Source: Deltaproteobacteria bacterium | GTDB lineage: Bacteria > Desulfobacterota > Dissulfuribacteria > Dissulfuribacterales > JALVPX01 | Assembly: GCA_027031565.1 (NCBI GenBank) | Contig: JALVPX010000159.1 | Coordinates: 1 to 33,548 of the forward strand | Length of the DNA stretch: 33,548 nt | Direction of reading: 5' to 3' | Shown: piece by piece, positions 8,783 through 18,503 of the stretch | Layout: every line of letters starts with the position of its first letter | Position numbering within the stretch: the first letter of the stretch is position 1 | Made by a program: the position numbers and the translations under genes | The notes under the pieces: generated by a model | What the model was told of the DNA's origin: nothing | Databases searched by the model: none | What the model saw: only the letters and a program-made list of their open reading frames with translations

Positions 8783-9286
8783 TTAAGTATTTAAGGCCGT
8801 TACTATTTCGCGGTTGAAGGCGGGGATGTCAGAAGGCTGCCGCGACGTTATCAAGTTGCCGTCCACGACCACTTCTGCATCCACATATTCCACTCCTGCT
8901 GCCCTCATTTCCCCTGCAATTGCCTTGTAACCCGTGGCCTTGCGGCCCTGGATCACGCCTGCTGAGATCAATACTTGCGGGCCGTGGCATATGGCAGCCA
9001 CTGGCCGTTGAACCTTGAAAAAATCCTTTACTATATCCTGTACTCTTGGAATTCCCCTTATCGCCTCTGGTGCTTTTCCGCCAGGTATGACCAATATCTT
9101 GTAGCCGCTGCTTTGGACATCATCAAAGGAGAGGTTGGCAGTTACGGTGTATCCCCTCTTTCCCTTGATCTCTCCCCATTCCGGGGCCGCAATATCCACT
9201 TGAAAGCCCTCTTCCCTCAGCCTGTACATCGGACACAGTAATTCACTGTCTTCAAAGCCGTCTGCACTCAAGATCAATGCCCGCAT
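8783..9286 (-). CDS. DJ-1/PfpI family protein (intracellular protease/deglycase type)
   Basis: MRALILSADGFEDSEL...ILVIPGG...AAICHGPQVL carries the nucleophile-elbow Cys-His. The ATG at 9286 is preceded by GGAGG. The longer ORF reaching 9397 has no family support. Confidence 0.85.
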   Translation of the reverse strand: MRALILSADGFEDSELLCPMYRLREEGFQVDIAAPEWGEIKGKRGYTVTANLSFDDVQSSGYKILVIPGGKAPEAIRGIPRVQDIVKDFFKVQRPVAAICHGPQVLISAGVIQGRKATGYKAIAGEMRAAGVEYVDAEVVVDGNLITSRQPSDIPAFNREIVTALNT

Positions 9287-9448
9287 GGAAAAACCTCCAT
9301 CGAAAAAAATAACGTTTTTCTTATATATTTTTACCTCAAAAGTCGATCTTGCACAAAGTCTTTTGTGAGATGTTGACAAGGTTGATCTTCGACTCAAATT
9401 AAAAACAGGACCACTTGCGATTCTTTTGGGGTTCCAGGAGGTAATGCC

Positions 9449-9826
9449 ATGAAGAGAGACGAGTTTATCAAGACGGTACAGAAAAAACTGGAACTAGACA
9501 GCAAAGATGATGCAATATGGATCACGGATACGATCTTGAAGACATTGTCTGAGCGCCTTACTGAACAGGAGGCCTTCGACCTTGCCTCCCAACTGCCCCG
9601 CGAGCTCAAGGAACTTGTAAAAGGTGTGCCAGATCATGTGATAAAGATGGATCGTCAGAAGTTCATTGCCAAGGTGGCTGAGCGCCTGGACGTCTCCCTG
9701 GAGGAGGCCGAAAGATATATCAAGGCCACCTTTTCTGTGCTGAAATCCGCGGTTACCCCTGGAGAGATAGAAGATGTCTTGTCCCAGCTTCCCAAAGACC
9801 TTGCAGGGCTTTTGGCAGAAGCTTAG
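9449..9826 (+). CDS. DUF2267 domain protein
   Basis: 125 aa with two helical repeats (FIKTVQKKL...ILKTLSERLTEQEAFDLASQLPRELK and FIAKVAERL...VLKSAVTPGEIEDVLSQLPKDL), characteristic of DUF2267. Confidence 0.75.
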   Translation: MKRDEFIKTVQKKLELDSKDDAIWITDTILKTLSERLTEQEAFDLASQLPRELKELVKGVPDHVIKMDRQKFIAKVAERLDVSLEEAERYIKATFSVLKSAVTPGEIEDVLSQLPKDLAGLLAEA

Positions 9827-9850
9827 CAGTGGACGCCGTAGCAGGCAGGA

Positions 9851-10390
9851 ATGAGGGATTGGAACGTTGTCATATGTGTCAAGGAGCGGGGATTCCGTTC
9901 GGCCTGTGAGCTTTTGGATGAACTCGGCCAGCTACAGCGCACAGATTTTTACAATGTGCTGGTAATGCGTGTAGAAGACACGCAGGCGGCCCTCGAGGCC
10001 CTGAAAAAGATGATTGACATAGATCCAAATATCACCAGTTATATATCCAAGTTTGTTCCCTCCCAGGCGGGTTTCTCTTTCCGGGATCGAAAGGAGTTTG
10101 AGGACAAGGCCTGTGAAATCCTTGGAAAATGGGCGGAAGCAATAGCTGGCCACACCTTTCATGTACGAATGCACCGCAGGGGCTTCAAGGGAAAGATTTC
10201 ATCCCAGCAAGAAGAACAGTTCCTTGCCCAGTTTGTTTTGGATGTCCTGCACTCAAAGGGCAAAGACGCCGAAATATCCTTTGAAGATCCCGATTTTATC
10301 ATTTCAGTTGAAACAGTTGGAAACCAGGCAGGCCTCTCTTTGTGGTCTAGGGATGATTTGAACCGTTATCCCTTTTTGGGCCTGGATTGA
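9851..10390 (+). CDS. Stand-alone THUMP-domain protein (predicted RNA binding)
   Basis: 179 aa. MRDWNVVICV...FYNVLVMRV...FHVRMHRRGFKGKISSQQEEQFL...ISVETVGNQAGLSLWSRDDLNRYPFLGL matches my recollection of short bacterial THUMP-only proteins. Not verified by search. Confidence 0.6.
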   Translation: MRDWNVVICVKERGFRSACELLDELGQLQRTDFYNVLVMRVEDTQAALEALKKMIDIDPNITSYISKFVPSQAGFSFRDRKEFEDKACEILGKWAEAIAGHTFHVRMHRRGFKGKISSQQEEQFLAQFVLDVLHSKGKDAEISFEDPDFIISVETVGNQAGLSLWSRDDLNRYPFLGLD

Positions 10391-10438
10391 TCCCTCTTGT
10401 TTTCAAAAACCACCGGGCTGGTATAAGATGTTTTGATC

Positions 10439-12517
10439 ATGGATGGAAAAAAGCCTGAACTCCTGGCCCCTGCAGGCGACAAGAAAGCCTTTACTGCTGC
10501 ACTGGATGCAGGGGCAGACAGTGTATACATCGGGTTAAAGGCCTTTAATGCCCGTGCCCTGGCAAGGAATTTCTCACCCCGGGAAGCGGCAGACCTGGTT
10601 GCCTTTGCCCATGAACGTGGCAAAAAGGTCTTCGTTGCCATGAATGCCCTGGTAAAGGAGTCAGAGCTTGAACATGCAGTTACTACCCTTGCCCAGGTGG
10701 AGGCCATGCAGGCAGATGGATTGATCATCCAGGATCTCGGCATCCTTCATATAGCCCGCCGCTATTTTCCAGGCCTGCGGCTTCACGCCTCGACCCTCAT
10801 GACCATCCACAATTCCTACGGCGTAAAACAGGCACACCAAATGGGATTCAAAAGGGTTGTGCTTGCCAGGGAAATGACCATCCATGAAATAGAGGCAGCG
10901 GTTAAGGCAGCCCCAATAGAAATTGAAGTCTTCATTCATGGCGCCATGTGTTTTTGCTATTCAGGGCTTTGTCTTTTCAGCAGCTTTATGGGCGGCAGAT
11001 CTAGCACCAGGGGGAAATGCGTGCAGCCATGCCGCCGAAAGTACAAATGGGGAAGGCGGCAGGGAACATTTTTCTCTATGAATGACCTAGAGGCAGGGCC
11101 CGTGGTATGGAATCTGGCTGAAATTGGTGTGGACTCATTGAAAATTGAAGGAAGGCTCAGACCAGCAAACTACGTAAGGCATGTAGTCTCAGGCTACAGG
11201 ATTCTTCTTGACAGCCAGGCAGGAGATCCCAAAGCTGTTGAAGCAGCTCGCGACCATTTCCAGCAGGCCCTCGGGCGGCCGGGTTCCAAGGGTTTTTTCT
11301 TCACACCTCGGCCAAATGACCTGATTTCTCCGAGGCAGACCTCGAATACAGGACTCTTTGTTGGAAGGGTGAGCTCCATAAAGAGGAGATGTTTTGAGGT
11401 TACGTTGAAGGATCTTCCTGTAAACAAGGGGGATCGGATAAGGCTGGTCAATAAAAAAGATCAGCAACATTCCTTCCGCATAACAAGATTAGAAAATGAA
11501 CAACAGGGGAATAAGGTCATTATATTTCATGAACTTGATCAGGCATTTTCAAATGCCTTGGTCTTTAAGATCGACTGTGCAAGGAAGGGAAAGGATTTGA
11601 CCGCCGGGCTGGCTGGGAGACCTGGTTCGCAGTTTCGCTGGGATCGCACAAAAGCAGCAAATATTGTCCAGTCCATGGATAACAAGAGAGCAGGCAGGCC
11701 AACGGCGAGGCGGGCTGTATCAACGCCGCGGCTATGTGTAAGATTATCCAATATACACGACATCAAATGGTTCCACCGTGCGAACGTAGATGCTTTTCTG
11801 ATAAAGACGGCCCGCAGGAACATCCGGTCGTTTCAGAGCCTTAAGAAAATCCACAGGGATAAAATTGTTTGGTTTATTGAACCGATACAACATGAATCCG
11901 AGGCCCTTGAGCTTTTCAAGGCAGCCGTACAGCTATACAGGTCTGGTGCGGCCAGGTTCGAGGTGTCTAACCTAGGTCACCTCCAAATGCTTAAAGAGGC
12001 CCTTGAACATGTGAAAAGCCGGATCTCCAGTAAACAGCTCATCATTTATTCATCCCACCACCTTAATTTACTCAACTCCCGTGCCCTCATGGAAGCGGTT
12101 TCCCTGGGAATCGATCGCCCGCAATTTTCCATTGAAACAGACATGGAAAATGCTGAAAATGCCCTTTCCCGTTTCCGCAGCAAGCCGGTTGCCTTTACCA
12201 TTTTCAGCTTTCTGCCGCTGTTTCATTCACGCATGGGCCTCATGGATTTCAAGTCTTCATCAAGTGTCATCAGCCCCAAGGGTGAAACTGCCATATGGCG
12301 ATCCAGCAAGAAGGGCGGAAGACTGGTAGCCCCGGTGCCATTCAATGCCACTGGTCTGGCCGGCAGGCTAAGTGGCGCAGGCTTTGCGGCATGGGTGATC
12401 GATTTGACCAGTTGTTGCAGGGAAACAGGCAATCTTAAAGAGATTGCCAAACGCCTGGTGAACAACAGGCCTCTTCCAAAAGGCACATATTTCAATTTGG
12501 TAAAGGGGCTGGCTTAG
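10439..12517 (+). CDS. Long U32-family protein (peptidase U32 / O2-independent hydroxylase family) with a C-terminal extension
   Basis: PELLAPAGDKKAFTAALDAGADSVYIG...FNARA is the canonical U32 N-terminus. The Cys cluster CFCYSGLCLFSS...GKCVQPCRRKY is the U32 Fe-S-type motif. I prefer the ATG at 10439 over the TTG at 10433. Confidence 0.85.
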   Translation: MDGKKPELLAPAGDKKAFTAALDAGADSVYIGLKAFNARALARNFSPREAADLVAFAHERGKKVFVAMNALVKESELEHAVTTLAQVEAMQADGLIIQDLGILHIARRYFPGLRLHASTLMTIHNSYGVKQAHQMGFKRVVLAREMTIHEIEAAVKAAPIEIEVFIHGAMCFCYSGLCLFSSFMGGRSSTRGKCVQPCRRKYKWGRRQGTFFSMNDLEAGPVVWNLAEIGVDSLKIEGRLRPANYVRHVVSGYRILLDSQAGDPKAVEAARDHFQQALGRPGSKGFFFTPRPNDLISPRQTSNTGLFVGRVSSIKRRCFEVTLKDLPVNKGDRIRLVNKKDQQHSFRITRLENEQQGNKVIIFHELDQAFSNALVFKIDCARKGKDLTAGLAGRPGSQFRWDRTKAANIVQSMDNKRAGRPTARRAVSTPRLCVRLSNIHDIKWFHRANVDAFLIKTARRNIRSFQSLKKIHRDKIVWFIEPIQHESEALELFKAAVQLYRSGAARFEVSNLGHLQMLKEALEHVKSRISSKQLIIYSSHHLNLLNSRALMEAVSLGIDRPQFSIETDMENAENALSRFRSKPVAFTIFSFLPLFHSRMGLMDFKSSSSVISPKGETAIWRSSKKGGRLVAPVPFNATGLAGRLSGAGFAAWVIDLTSCCRETGNLKEIAKRLVNNRPLPKGTYFNLVKGLA

Positions 12518-12527
12518 GCGGAAACTC

Positions 12528-12668
12528 AAGGCGTTCTCTAAAAATTAGGATTTTTGTTCGAGGGCAAGGTGCACAAAAATAACCGCAGACATATTGTCGA
12601 TATTTCGAGGATTATTTTTGAGTGCAGTGCAGCTATTGGGCAAGAAGACAATTTTTAGAGACAGCCTT
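12528..12668. repeat. Small palindromic repeat element, copy 1 (~141 nt, MITE-like)
   Basis: Terminal inverted repeats aaggcgttctctaaaaatt and aatttttagagacagcctt. Inner hairpin gcacaaaaataacc (12571..12584) with ggattatttttgagtgc (12609..12625). A near-identical copy sits at 21253..21396. Confidence 0.85.
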
Positions 12669-12743
12669 AAATGTTCTGGCTGGAAGATGGGCAGGCGTTT
12701 TTGCGAAGTCCGCCTGATTGTCAATCGCCTGATCAAGCTACAT

Positions 12744-13226
12744 TCAGCCTGTACAGGCCTTTTCAATATCCAAAAGAGCTTTTTTAACATCGAGGCCACA
12801 CGAAAAGCCGGTCAGGTTCCCGCCCCTGCCAATCACCCTGTGGCACGGAACAACAATGGGCAGAGGGTTTCGTTTCAATGCCTGGCCTACTGCCCTTGGG
12901 GAAGCGCACCCCAAGGTTTCTGCCAGTTCACCATAGGTTATAGTGGCGCCGTGGGGAATCCTGGCAGTCTCCTGCCATACCTTCAGTTGAAAAGGCGTGC
13001 CGGTCAGACGATAAACTCGGCTGTCCAATGAAACCCCTTTACCCTTGAGGATCTCCAAGAGGCGTCTTCCCAGGGGGTGGTTCACTATGGGCTGCGTGGC
13101 TGGAGCTGCAATAGATAACTCCAGGCGTGTCAAGAGTGAGTGGCTGAAAACCGCCCTTACCTCTAGAAACAAGTCAAGGAATTGTATATGAAATATTTCC
13201 GGTACAGCATCAGATATCGTGTTCAT
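12744..13226 (-). CDS. ogt: Methylated-DNA--protein-cysteine methyltransferase
   Basis: TPFQLKVWQETARIPHGATITYGELA...NPLPIVVPCHRVIG carries the PCHR active site. Confidence 0.85.
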   Translation of the reverse strand: MNTISDAVPEIFHIQFLDLFLEVRAVFSHSLLTRLELSIAAPATQPIVNHPLGRRLLEILKGKGVSLDSRVYRLTGTPFQLKVWQETARIPHGATITYGELAETLGCASPRAVGQALKRNPLPIVVPCHRVIGRGGNLTGFSCGLDVKKALLDIEKACTG

Positions 13227-14223
13227 AGCCCTTGAAAGAGATTTCTTCCAGGCACCCGCTATTTCCTTCCAGCCAGACCCCCTTGCCCTCTTCTATTCTT
13301 CCGATTGCAAAGGCCTTTGAACAGGTCTTGGCGGCTATTTTCGAGATCTGCTGCATGTACTCTGGCCGAGCTGTCCAGATCAGCTCGAAGTCTTCTCCCC
13401 CTCTTAATGCCGCATCAAGCGAATCTATGCCGAGGAAGGCAGCGATCCTTTTTGATGCCCTTGATATGGGAACAGCCCTTTCATAAATGACGGCCTTGAC
13501 ACTGCTCTGGGCGCAGATATGGGCTACATCTGTTGCCGGCCCGTCTGATACATCGATGGCACATCTTACCAGGCCTGAGGCCGCCAAGGCCCTTCCAAGT
13601 TCCAGCCTCGGTGCAGGAACAAGGTGACGCAAAATAAGCCTTTTTATGGTTTGTTTTAGGCCAGGACGATATTTTCTGCCAAATTTTTGCAGCCATCTGA
13701 GACCAAGGGAAGCCTCTCCCAGATAGCCTGAACAAAACAGCAGATCGCCAGGCCGGGCCATGCTTCTAGTCAGATATCGATCCCTGCCCACTTCGCCCAC
13801 AAGGGTTACGGTAATGTTGAACGGGCCAGCGCTGGAAACACTGTCACCGCCTATTAAAACAGCTCCGGCCTCGGCGAGTTGATCAATGAGGCCCTTTAAA
13901 AATTCCTTCAAAAAATATTTTGAGGCATAAGGCGGTGACGAAATGGCAACCAGTGCCCATTTCGGCATCCCCCCCATTGCCGCTATATCGCTGAGATTTA
14001 CAGCCGCAGATTTGGAACCAAGCTCATAGGGCTTGAAATAGGAGAGGTCGAAATGTATCCCTTCAGCCAGGCAGTCCGTGGTTACCACCAGGTCTTTTTG
14101 GGATTCCGGCTGCAAGACAGCACAATCATCGCCGATACCAATCTTGACCGAGGGATCTGTCTCACGGCTTCCAGCAAGTGATTCAGCCAGTGCTATTAAA
14201 TCCCTTTCCTTGAATCTAGTCAC
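13210..14223 (-). CDS. thiL: Thiamine-monophosphate kinase
   Basis: [11 protein letters not shown]...[28 protein letters not shown] and DVSDG are AIR-synthase-fold ThiL blocks. The start is set at the GTG at 14223 (overlap GTGACTAG with the ndk stop) because of its spacing to the GIGDDCA motif. The maximal ORF extends to 14319. Confidence 0.8.
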   Translation of the reverse strand: MTRFKERDLIALAESLAGSRETDPSVKIGIGDDCAVLQPESQKDLVVTTDCLAEGIHFDLSYFKPYELGSKSAAVNLSDIAAMGGMPKWALVAISSPPYASKYFLKEFLKGLIDQLAEAGAVLIGGDSVSSAGPFNITVTLVGEVGRDRYLTRSMARPGDLLFCSGYLGEASLGLRWLQKFGRKYRPGLKQTIKRLILRHLVPAPRLELGRALAASGLVRCAIDVSDGPATDVAHICAQSSVKAVIYERAVPISRASKRIAAFLGIDSLDAALRGGEDFELIWTARPEYMQQISKIAAKTCSKAFAIGRIEEGKGVWLEGNSGCLEEISFKGYEHDI

Positions 14224-14632
14224 ATATCTCCAGCTCACTGAAGAAGTATGCAATCTCGGTTCTGGCTGTTTCTGGGGCATCTGAGCCATGCACCACGTTT
14301 TTCTCGATGTCAGTGGCAAAGTCCGCCCTGATGGTGCCGGGTTCCGCCTCTTTGTAATTGGTGGCCCCCATGAGTTCCCGGTTCTTTTTGATAACGTTTT
14401 CCCCTTCCAGTACCATTACGACAATGGGACCCGATGACATGAAGTCGGTCAGGCTGTCAAAGAAAGGCTTGTCTTTGTGGACTGCATAAAAGCCCTTGGC
14501 CTCATCCTTGGTCATGTGGAGCATTTTCATGGCGGCTATCTTGATGCCCGCCTTTTCAAACCTGCCGATTACTTCACCGATGAGGCCCTTTGAAACTCCA
14601 TCTGGTTTGATTATTGAAAGGGTGCGTTCCAT
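14216..14632 (-). CDS. ndk: Nucleoside-diphosphate kinase
   Basis: [13 protein letters not shown]...[14 protein letters not shown]...GATN...IRADFA...NVVHGSD carries the active-site His context. Confidence 0.95.
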   Translation of the reverse strand: MERTLSIIKPDGVSKGLIGEVIGRFEKAGIKIAAMKMLHMTKDEAKGFYAVHKDKPFFDSLTDFMSSGPIVVMVLEGENVIKKNRELMGATNYKEAEPGTIRADFATDIEKNVVHGSDAPETARTEIAYFFSELEICD

Positions 14633-14665
14633 ATTTCCTCCTCCATAGCCTGTTTTTGTTAAAGA

Positions 14666-16510
14666 CTAGCTTGTTCTTATAAATTCCACCAATGCCTTGG
14701 CCACTTCCCATTTGTTCAATGGACTGATTACATACATTCCATGCACGAATTCCTTGATTTCAGAGATGAGTTTCTGTGTTATCTCCATGGCGGCCTTTCT
14801 CTGGTCCGCTGCCTTGTCAAATTCCCACAGCCGCTTACGTATGTGGGCAGGAACCGATATGCCGGGTACCTCATTGTGCAAGAACTCGGCATTTCTTGCA
14901 GAGATCAAGGGAAAGATTCCTGGAAATATCATGAGGCCTAACTTCTGTGTGAGTTCCATGGTCTTTTCAATATGATCAGGATCAAACATGGGCTGCGTCA
15001 TCACGAAATGCGCCCCTGCTGCCGCCTTTTTTTCGAGTTTCCTGAGCTGCATGGTCGGATTGGAAGGCCGGTAGCTGAACGCCACTCCAATGGAGATATG
15101 TGTCCTGCCCTGCATGGAGCGGCCGGCCAGGTTGAATCCTGCATTGAAGCGGCTGATGGTGCGCACGAGCCCAATGGAATCCAAATCAAACACGCCTGTA
15201 ACTCCAGGTTGGTCGCTGGCGCTGGCAGGATCCCCGGTTATTGCCAGGATGGCATTGATCCCAAGGAAATGCGCTGCCATGATCTGGGCCTGCAGGCCCA
15301 GCACGTTTTTATCACGGCATGTCAAGTGTAAAATTGTCTCAATGCCTACTTCTTCCTTGATTATGTGAGCGAGGGAGAGATTATCGGCCCTCAAGATCGC
15401 CAGGGGGTGTTCGGCCAGGCTGATGGCACTTGCACCGCACTCTTTCAATGCCTTTGCGCCTTCAATAATTGTTCCTATGTTCAAGTGAACAGGGGGATCG
15501 AGTTCCACTATCACCGGCAATGCGGTATCTTGCAGCCCCTCCAGAAAAGCCCCCTTTTGCGCGGTTTCAGGCCTTTCCCCTGGGCGTTCAAGGCTTGCCT
15601 TTGACTCGATTGCGCCCCTGGCAGCAAATCTCTTTTTGAGGCGAAGCACCTGCTTAAATTCATGTATGTGGGCTGGTGTTGTGCCGCAGCATCCACCTAC
15701 CAGGCGGGCGCCGAGCTTGATCATTTCGGAAAGGCCCGCGGCCATGTATGCAGGCTGGGCAGAGTAAACTGTTCTGTCCCCAACCACCTCGGGAAGGCCG
15801 GCATTCGGAAAAGCAGACAGGGGCACCTGGTCTTTCAATGCAGCCAGCTTTTCAAAGGCGGCCAGCATTGCCTTAACTCCCCTTCCGCAATTGGAGCCGA
15901 AGACATTGGCTCCCGCATCGATTGCCGAGTCGGCACACGACAAGGCGTCTCTTCCATCTACCGTCAGGCCCTTGGCCGGGAAAACCATTTGAGCGATGAT
16001 GGGAATATCAGGAGCCAATCTTCTGCAGGCATGAATAGCGGTCAGCAGCTCTTCCAGGTAGCTGAAGGTTTCAAGGATCAGAAGGTCCACTTCTGCTTCA
16101 AGCAGGGGTGATGCGTGCTCCTGGAAGCTCAGCGATACGTCATCGGCAGTGATATTGTCCCCGGTCAATGGATAGAGACCGCTCGGCCCTATGGAACCGG
16201 CCACGTAAACCGTGTTCCCAGCCGCCTTTTTGGCCAGCAGTGCTCCCTGGAGATTGATTTCCTTGATCTCGTTTTGCGATATAGGCTGCGCGGCCAGCTT
16301 GAACCGGTTTGCGCCAAAGGTGTTTGTTTCAATAACCTGTGATCCAGCCCGGATATATTCCTGATGGGCCGACAAGACCAGTTCAGGCTCTTGTAGATTC
16401 AACAGATCGGTATTCGTGCCGAGGGCGATTCCCTTGTCATAAAAGTAGGTGCCGAGGGCGCCGTCACCCAGCAACACCCGTTCTCTTATGGTTTCCAGGA
16501 TAGAGCGCAC
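14666..16510 (-). CDS. Bifunctional homocysteine S-methyltransferase / 5,10-methylenetetrahydrofolate reductase (YitJ-like)
   Basis: The N-terminal half (LLGDGALGT...VIETNTFGAN...GGCCGTTP) is an Hcy-binding domain. The C-terminal half (VELDPP...HLTCRD...ILAITGDP) is MTHFR. The GTG start directly abuts the ppiD stop. Confidence 0.85.
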   Translation of the reverse strand: MRSILETIRERVLLGDGALGTYFYDKGIALGTNTDLLNLQEPELVLSAHQEYIRAGSQVIETNTFGANRFKLAAQPISQNEIKEINLQGALLAKKAAGNTVYVAGSIGPSGLYPLTGDNITADDVSLSFQEHASPLLEAEVDLLILETFSYLEELLTAIHACRRLAPDIPIIAQMVFPAKGLTVDGRDALSCADSAIDAGANVFGSNCGRGVKAMLAAFEKLAALKDQVPLSAFPNAGLPEVVGDRTVYSAQPAYMAAGLSEMIKLGARLVGGCCGTTPAHIHEFKQVLRLKKRFAARGAIESKASLERPGERPETAQKGAFLEGLQDTALPVIVELDPPVHLNIGTIIEGAKALKECGASAISLAEHPLAILRADNLSLAHIIKEEVGIETILHLTCRDKNVLGLQAQIMAAHFLGINAILAITGDPASASDQPGVTGVFDLDSIGLVRTISRFNAGFNLAGRSMQGRTHISIGVAFSYRPSNPTMQLRKLEKKAAAGAHFVMTQPMFDPDHIEKTMELTQKLGLMIFPGIFPLISARNAEFLHNEVPGISVPAHIRKRLWEFDKAADQRKAAMEITQKLISEIKEFVHGMYVISPLNKWEVAKALVEFIRTS

Positions 16511-18400
16511 TTAAAGTTTTTGCAGATACTCGATTTCTGCCCTTTCGCGGACGTGTTTCAGCCAGTCTTCGAAAACGGTTTGATGCTTCAAGGCCAGCAG
16601 CTTGTCTTTGATTGATTTTTTTGAAGCAATATAGCCAGCTGGATCAGCCTCTTTCACGGCCTTGAATGCAACTATGTAAAAGGAGTTGCCGCTTTCCAGC
16701 ACCTTGTCTGGCAGAGGCTTATCAGCCCTCAGGCCCTTGGCGCCCTGCACTACCTGAGCCGGAAGTTTGCCCCCTGCCACGGTATCTGTGCGCTTGAAAA
16801 AGCCGGTCTCCTCTATGGCAAGCCCCTTTTCTTTGGCCGCCTTTTCAAGCCCCTTCTCCTTTGCCGCTTCCAGGATCTTGTCTGCCTTTTTCCTGCATAA
16901 CTCCTTGGCTTGTTGGCGGATATAGTCCCTCTTGACCCGCTCCTTGACCTCTTCCAGAGGGGGCACGTAAGGGAGTCTTTTGTCAACCACCTCGGCCACC
17001 ATTACCCCTTGGGGTAGATCGAGCAGGGAACTCAACTCACCCTTTTGAAGCATAAAAAGGGAGTCAAGGACATCAGGCTTTGAGGCCAGAAGCGCAGGGG
17101 GATTCCTTCTGGAAAAAAATCCGGTGGTGCCTTCCTTCAACTCATTGGCCTTCACGTAGGCCTCCAGGCTTCCCATGTCTATTATTTCATCATAGGCGGC
17201 GTTTGCCTTGTCCCACAAGATCTTGGTCGCCTTTTGGGACTTGAGCTTCTGAATGATCAGCGGTCTTGCCTCGTCAAGGGACTTGGTCCTCTCCGCTGTT
17301 TTTTTGTACACCTTGATTATGTGATACCCGAATTTTGTCAAAACGGGTTTGCTGATCTCTCCTTCCTTCAATGAAAAGGCGGTTTCATCAAAGGGCTTAA
17401 CCATGATGCCCCTTGTAAAGGGGCCCAGATCACCGCCCCTTTGCGCACTGCCTGGATCCTCTGAGAACTCCCTGGCAAGTTTTGCAAAGTCTTCGCCCTT
17501 TTTAAGCCTCTCGTAAAGATCCATGGCCTTTTTATGGATTTTCTCCCTCTCTTCCTTTGAGGCATCCTCGGGAACCTTCAGCAAGATGTGGCGCGCTGAT
17601 ACGCGTTCTGGCTCATGAAATTCCTTCTTGTGGGTTTCGTAATAGTTTTTGATTTCGTCATCGCCCACTTCGATTTCCTTTTCCACGTCGGCCCTTTTTA
17701 AGAGCAGGTAGCGGAGCTGGATTTGCGGATCAGTTTTGTAGGCCTCCTTGTGTTTTTCATACCATGCCTGAAGCTCTTCTTCCTTGGGCTTCACATCCTT
17801 TTCGCATTCCTGCGATTTTATTTGCACGAAGGCGAGATTTATCTGCTGGTTTTCATAATTGAAATAGTCTCTGGCTTCGTCTTCCGGCACGTCCAGCCCG
17901 GCAGAAAGCAGTGTGCGAAGTTTTTCCGCAAGGAGTTGATTCCTGACCTGGGCCTCAAAGCCCGTGGGCGTGAGCCTGGATTGAGCTAGGGCGCGTTGAT
18001 ACAGGTTTTGATCAAACACGCCGTCCCTCTTAAAGGCGGGTATGTTTAGGATCACCTGCTGAACTTCTTCATCGCTCACGATTATGCCCATCTCTTCCGC
18101 CTTCTGCCTTATGAGGGCCCGGTTGATGAGGTCATTCAAAACAACCTGCTTAAGGTTCAAGCGCTTGAAAATGGCCTCTGGAATGTTGCCGCCGAACATT
18201 TGCGTATAGCGCTCCAAGGTGCGGGAATAGGCGGAATTGTATTGTTCGAGCAAGATCTTTTCGCCGTTGACCTTGGCTATCACACTCATGCGCCCTGAAC
18301 GGAAGTTTCCAACACCCCAGAATATGAAAACAAGCACTATTGCTCCAAGTATAAACTTGAGCATCCATGATCCAGCACTTCTGCGGATAAAGTCCAGCAT
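16511..18400 (-). CDS. ppiD: Periplasmic chaperone / peptidyl-prolyl isomerase PpiD
   Basis: N-terminal anchor [31 protein letters not shown], a SurA-N-like region, and a parvulin block RHILLKV...[17 protein letters not shown]...FGYHIIKV. Confidence 0.85.
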   Translation of the reverse strand: MLDFIRRSAGSWMLKFILGAIVLVFIFWGVGNFRSGRMSVIAKVNGEKILLEQYNSAYSRTLERYTQMFGGNIPEAIFKRLNLKQVVLNDLINRALIRQKAEEMGIIVSDEEVQQVILNIPAFKRDGVFDQNLYQRALAQSRLTPTGFEAQVRNQLLAEKLRTLLSAGLDVPEDEARDYFNYENQQINLAFVQIKSQECEKDVKPKEEELQAWYEKHKEAYKTDPQIQLRYLLLKRADVEKEIEVGDDEIKNYYETHKKEFHEPERVSARHILLKVPEDASKEEREKIHKKAMDLYERLKKGEDFAKLAREFSEDPGSAQRGGDLGPFTRGIMVKPFDETAFSLKEGEISKPVLTKFGYHIIKVYKKTAERTKSLDEARPLIIQKLKSQKATKILWDKANAAYDEIIDMGSLEAYVKANELKEGTTGFFSRRNPPALLASKPDVLDSLFMLQKGELSSLLDLPQGVMVAEVVDKRLPYVPPLEEVKERVKRDYIRQQAKELCRKKADKILEAAKEKGLEKAAKEKGLAIEETGFFKRTDTVAGGKLPAQVVQGAKGLRADKPLPDKVLESGNSFYIVAFKAVKEADPAGYIASKKSIKDKLLALKHQTVFEDWLKHVRERAEIEYLQKL

Positions 18401-18503
18401 GATTATTCAGACTCCTAAACTTTTTTGGTGAATTTAGTCTTATTCAGTCCCGGATTTGAAACATAGTTATAAAGTTTAGTCAATGGTCTAATGGCCCTCC
18501 ACG

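Noticed and set aside
12545-13031. ORFs 12545..12799 (-) and 12594..13031 (+) spanning the small repeat and the ogt 3' end
   Set aside because: The second repeat copy has 2 nt indels that break both frames. The remainder is antisense to or overlaps the well-supported ogt gene.
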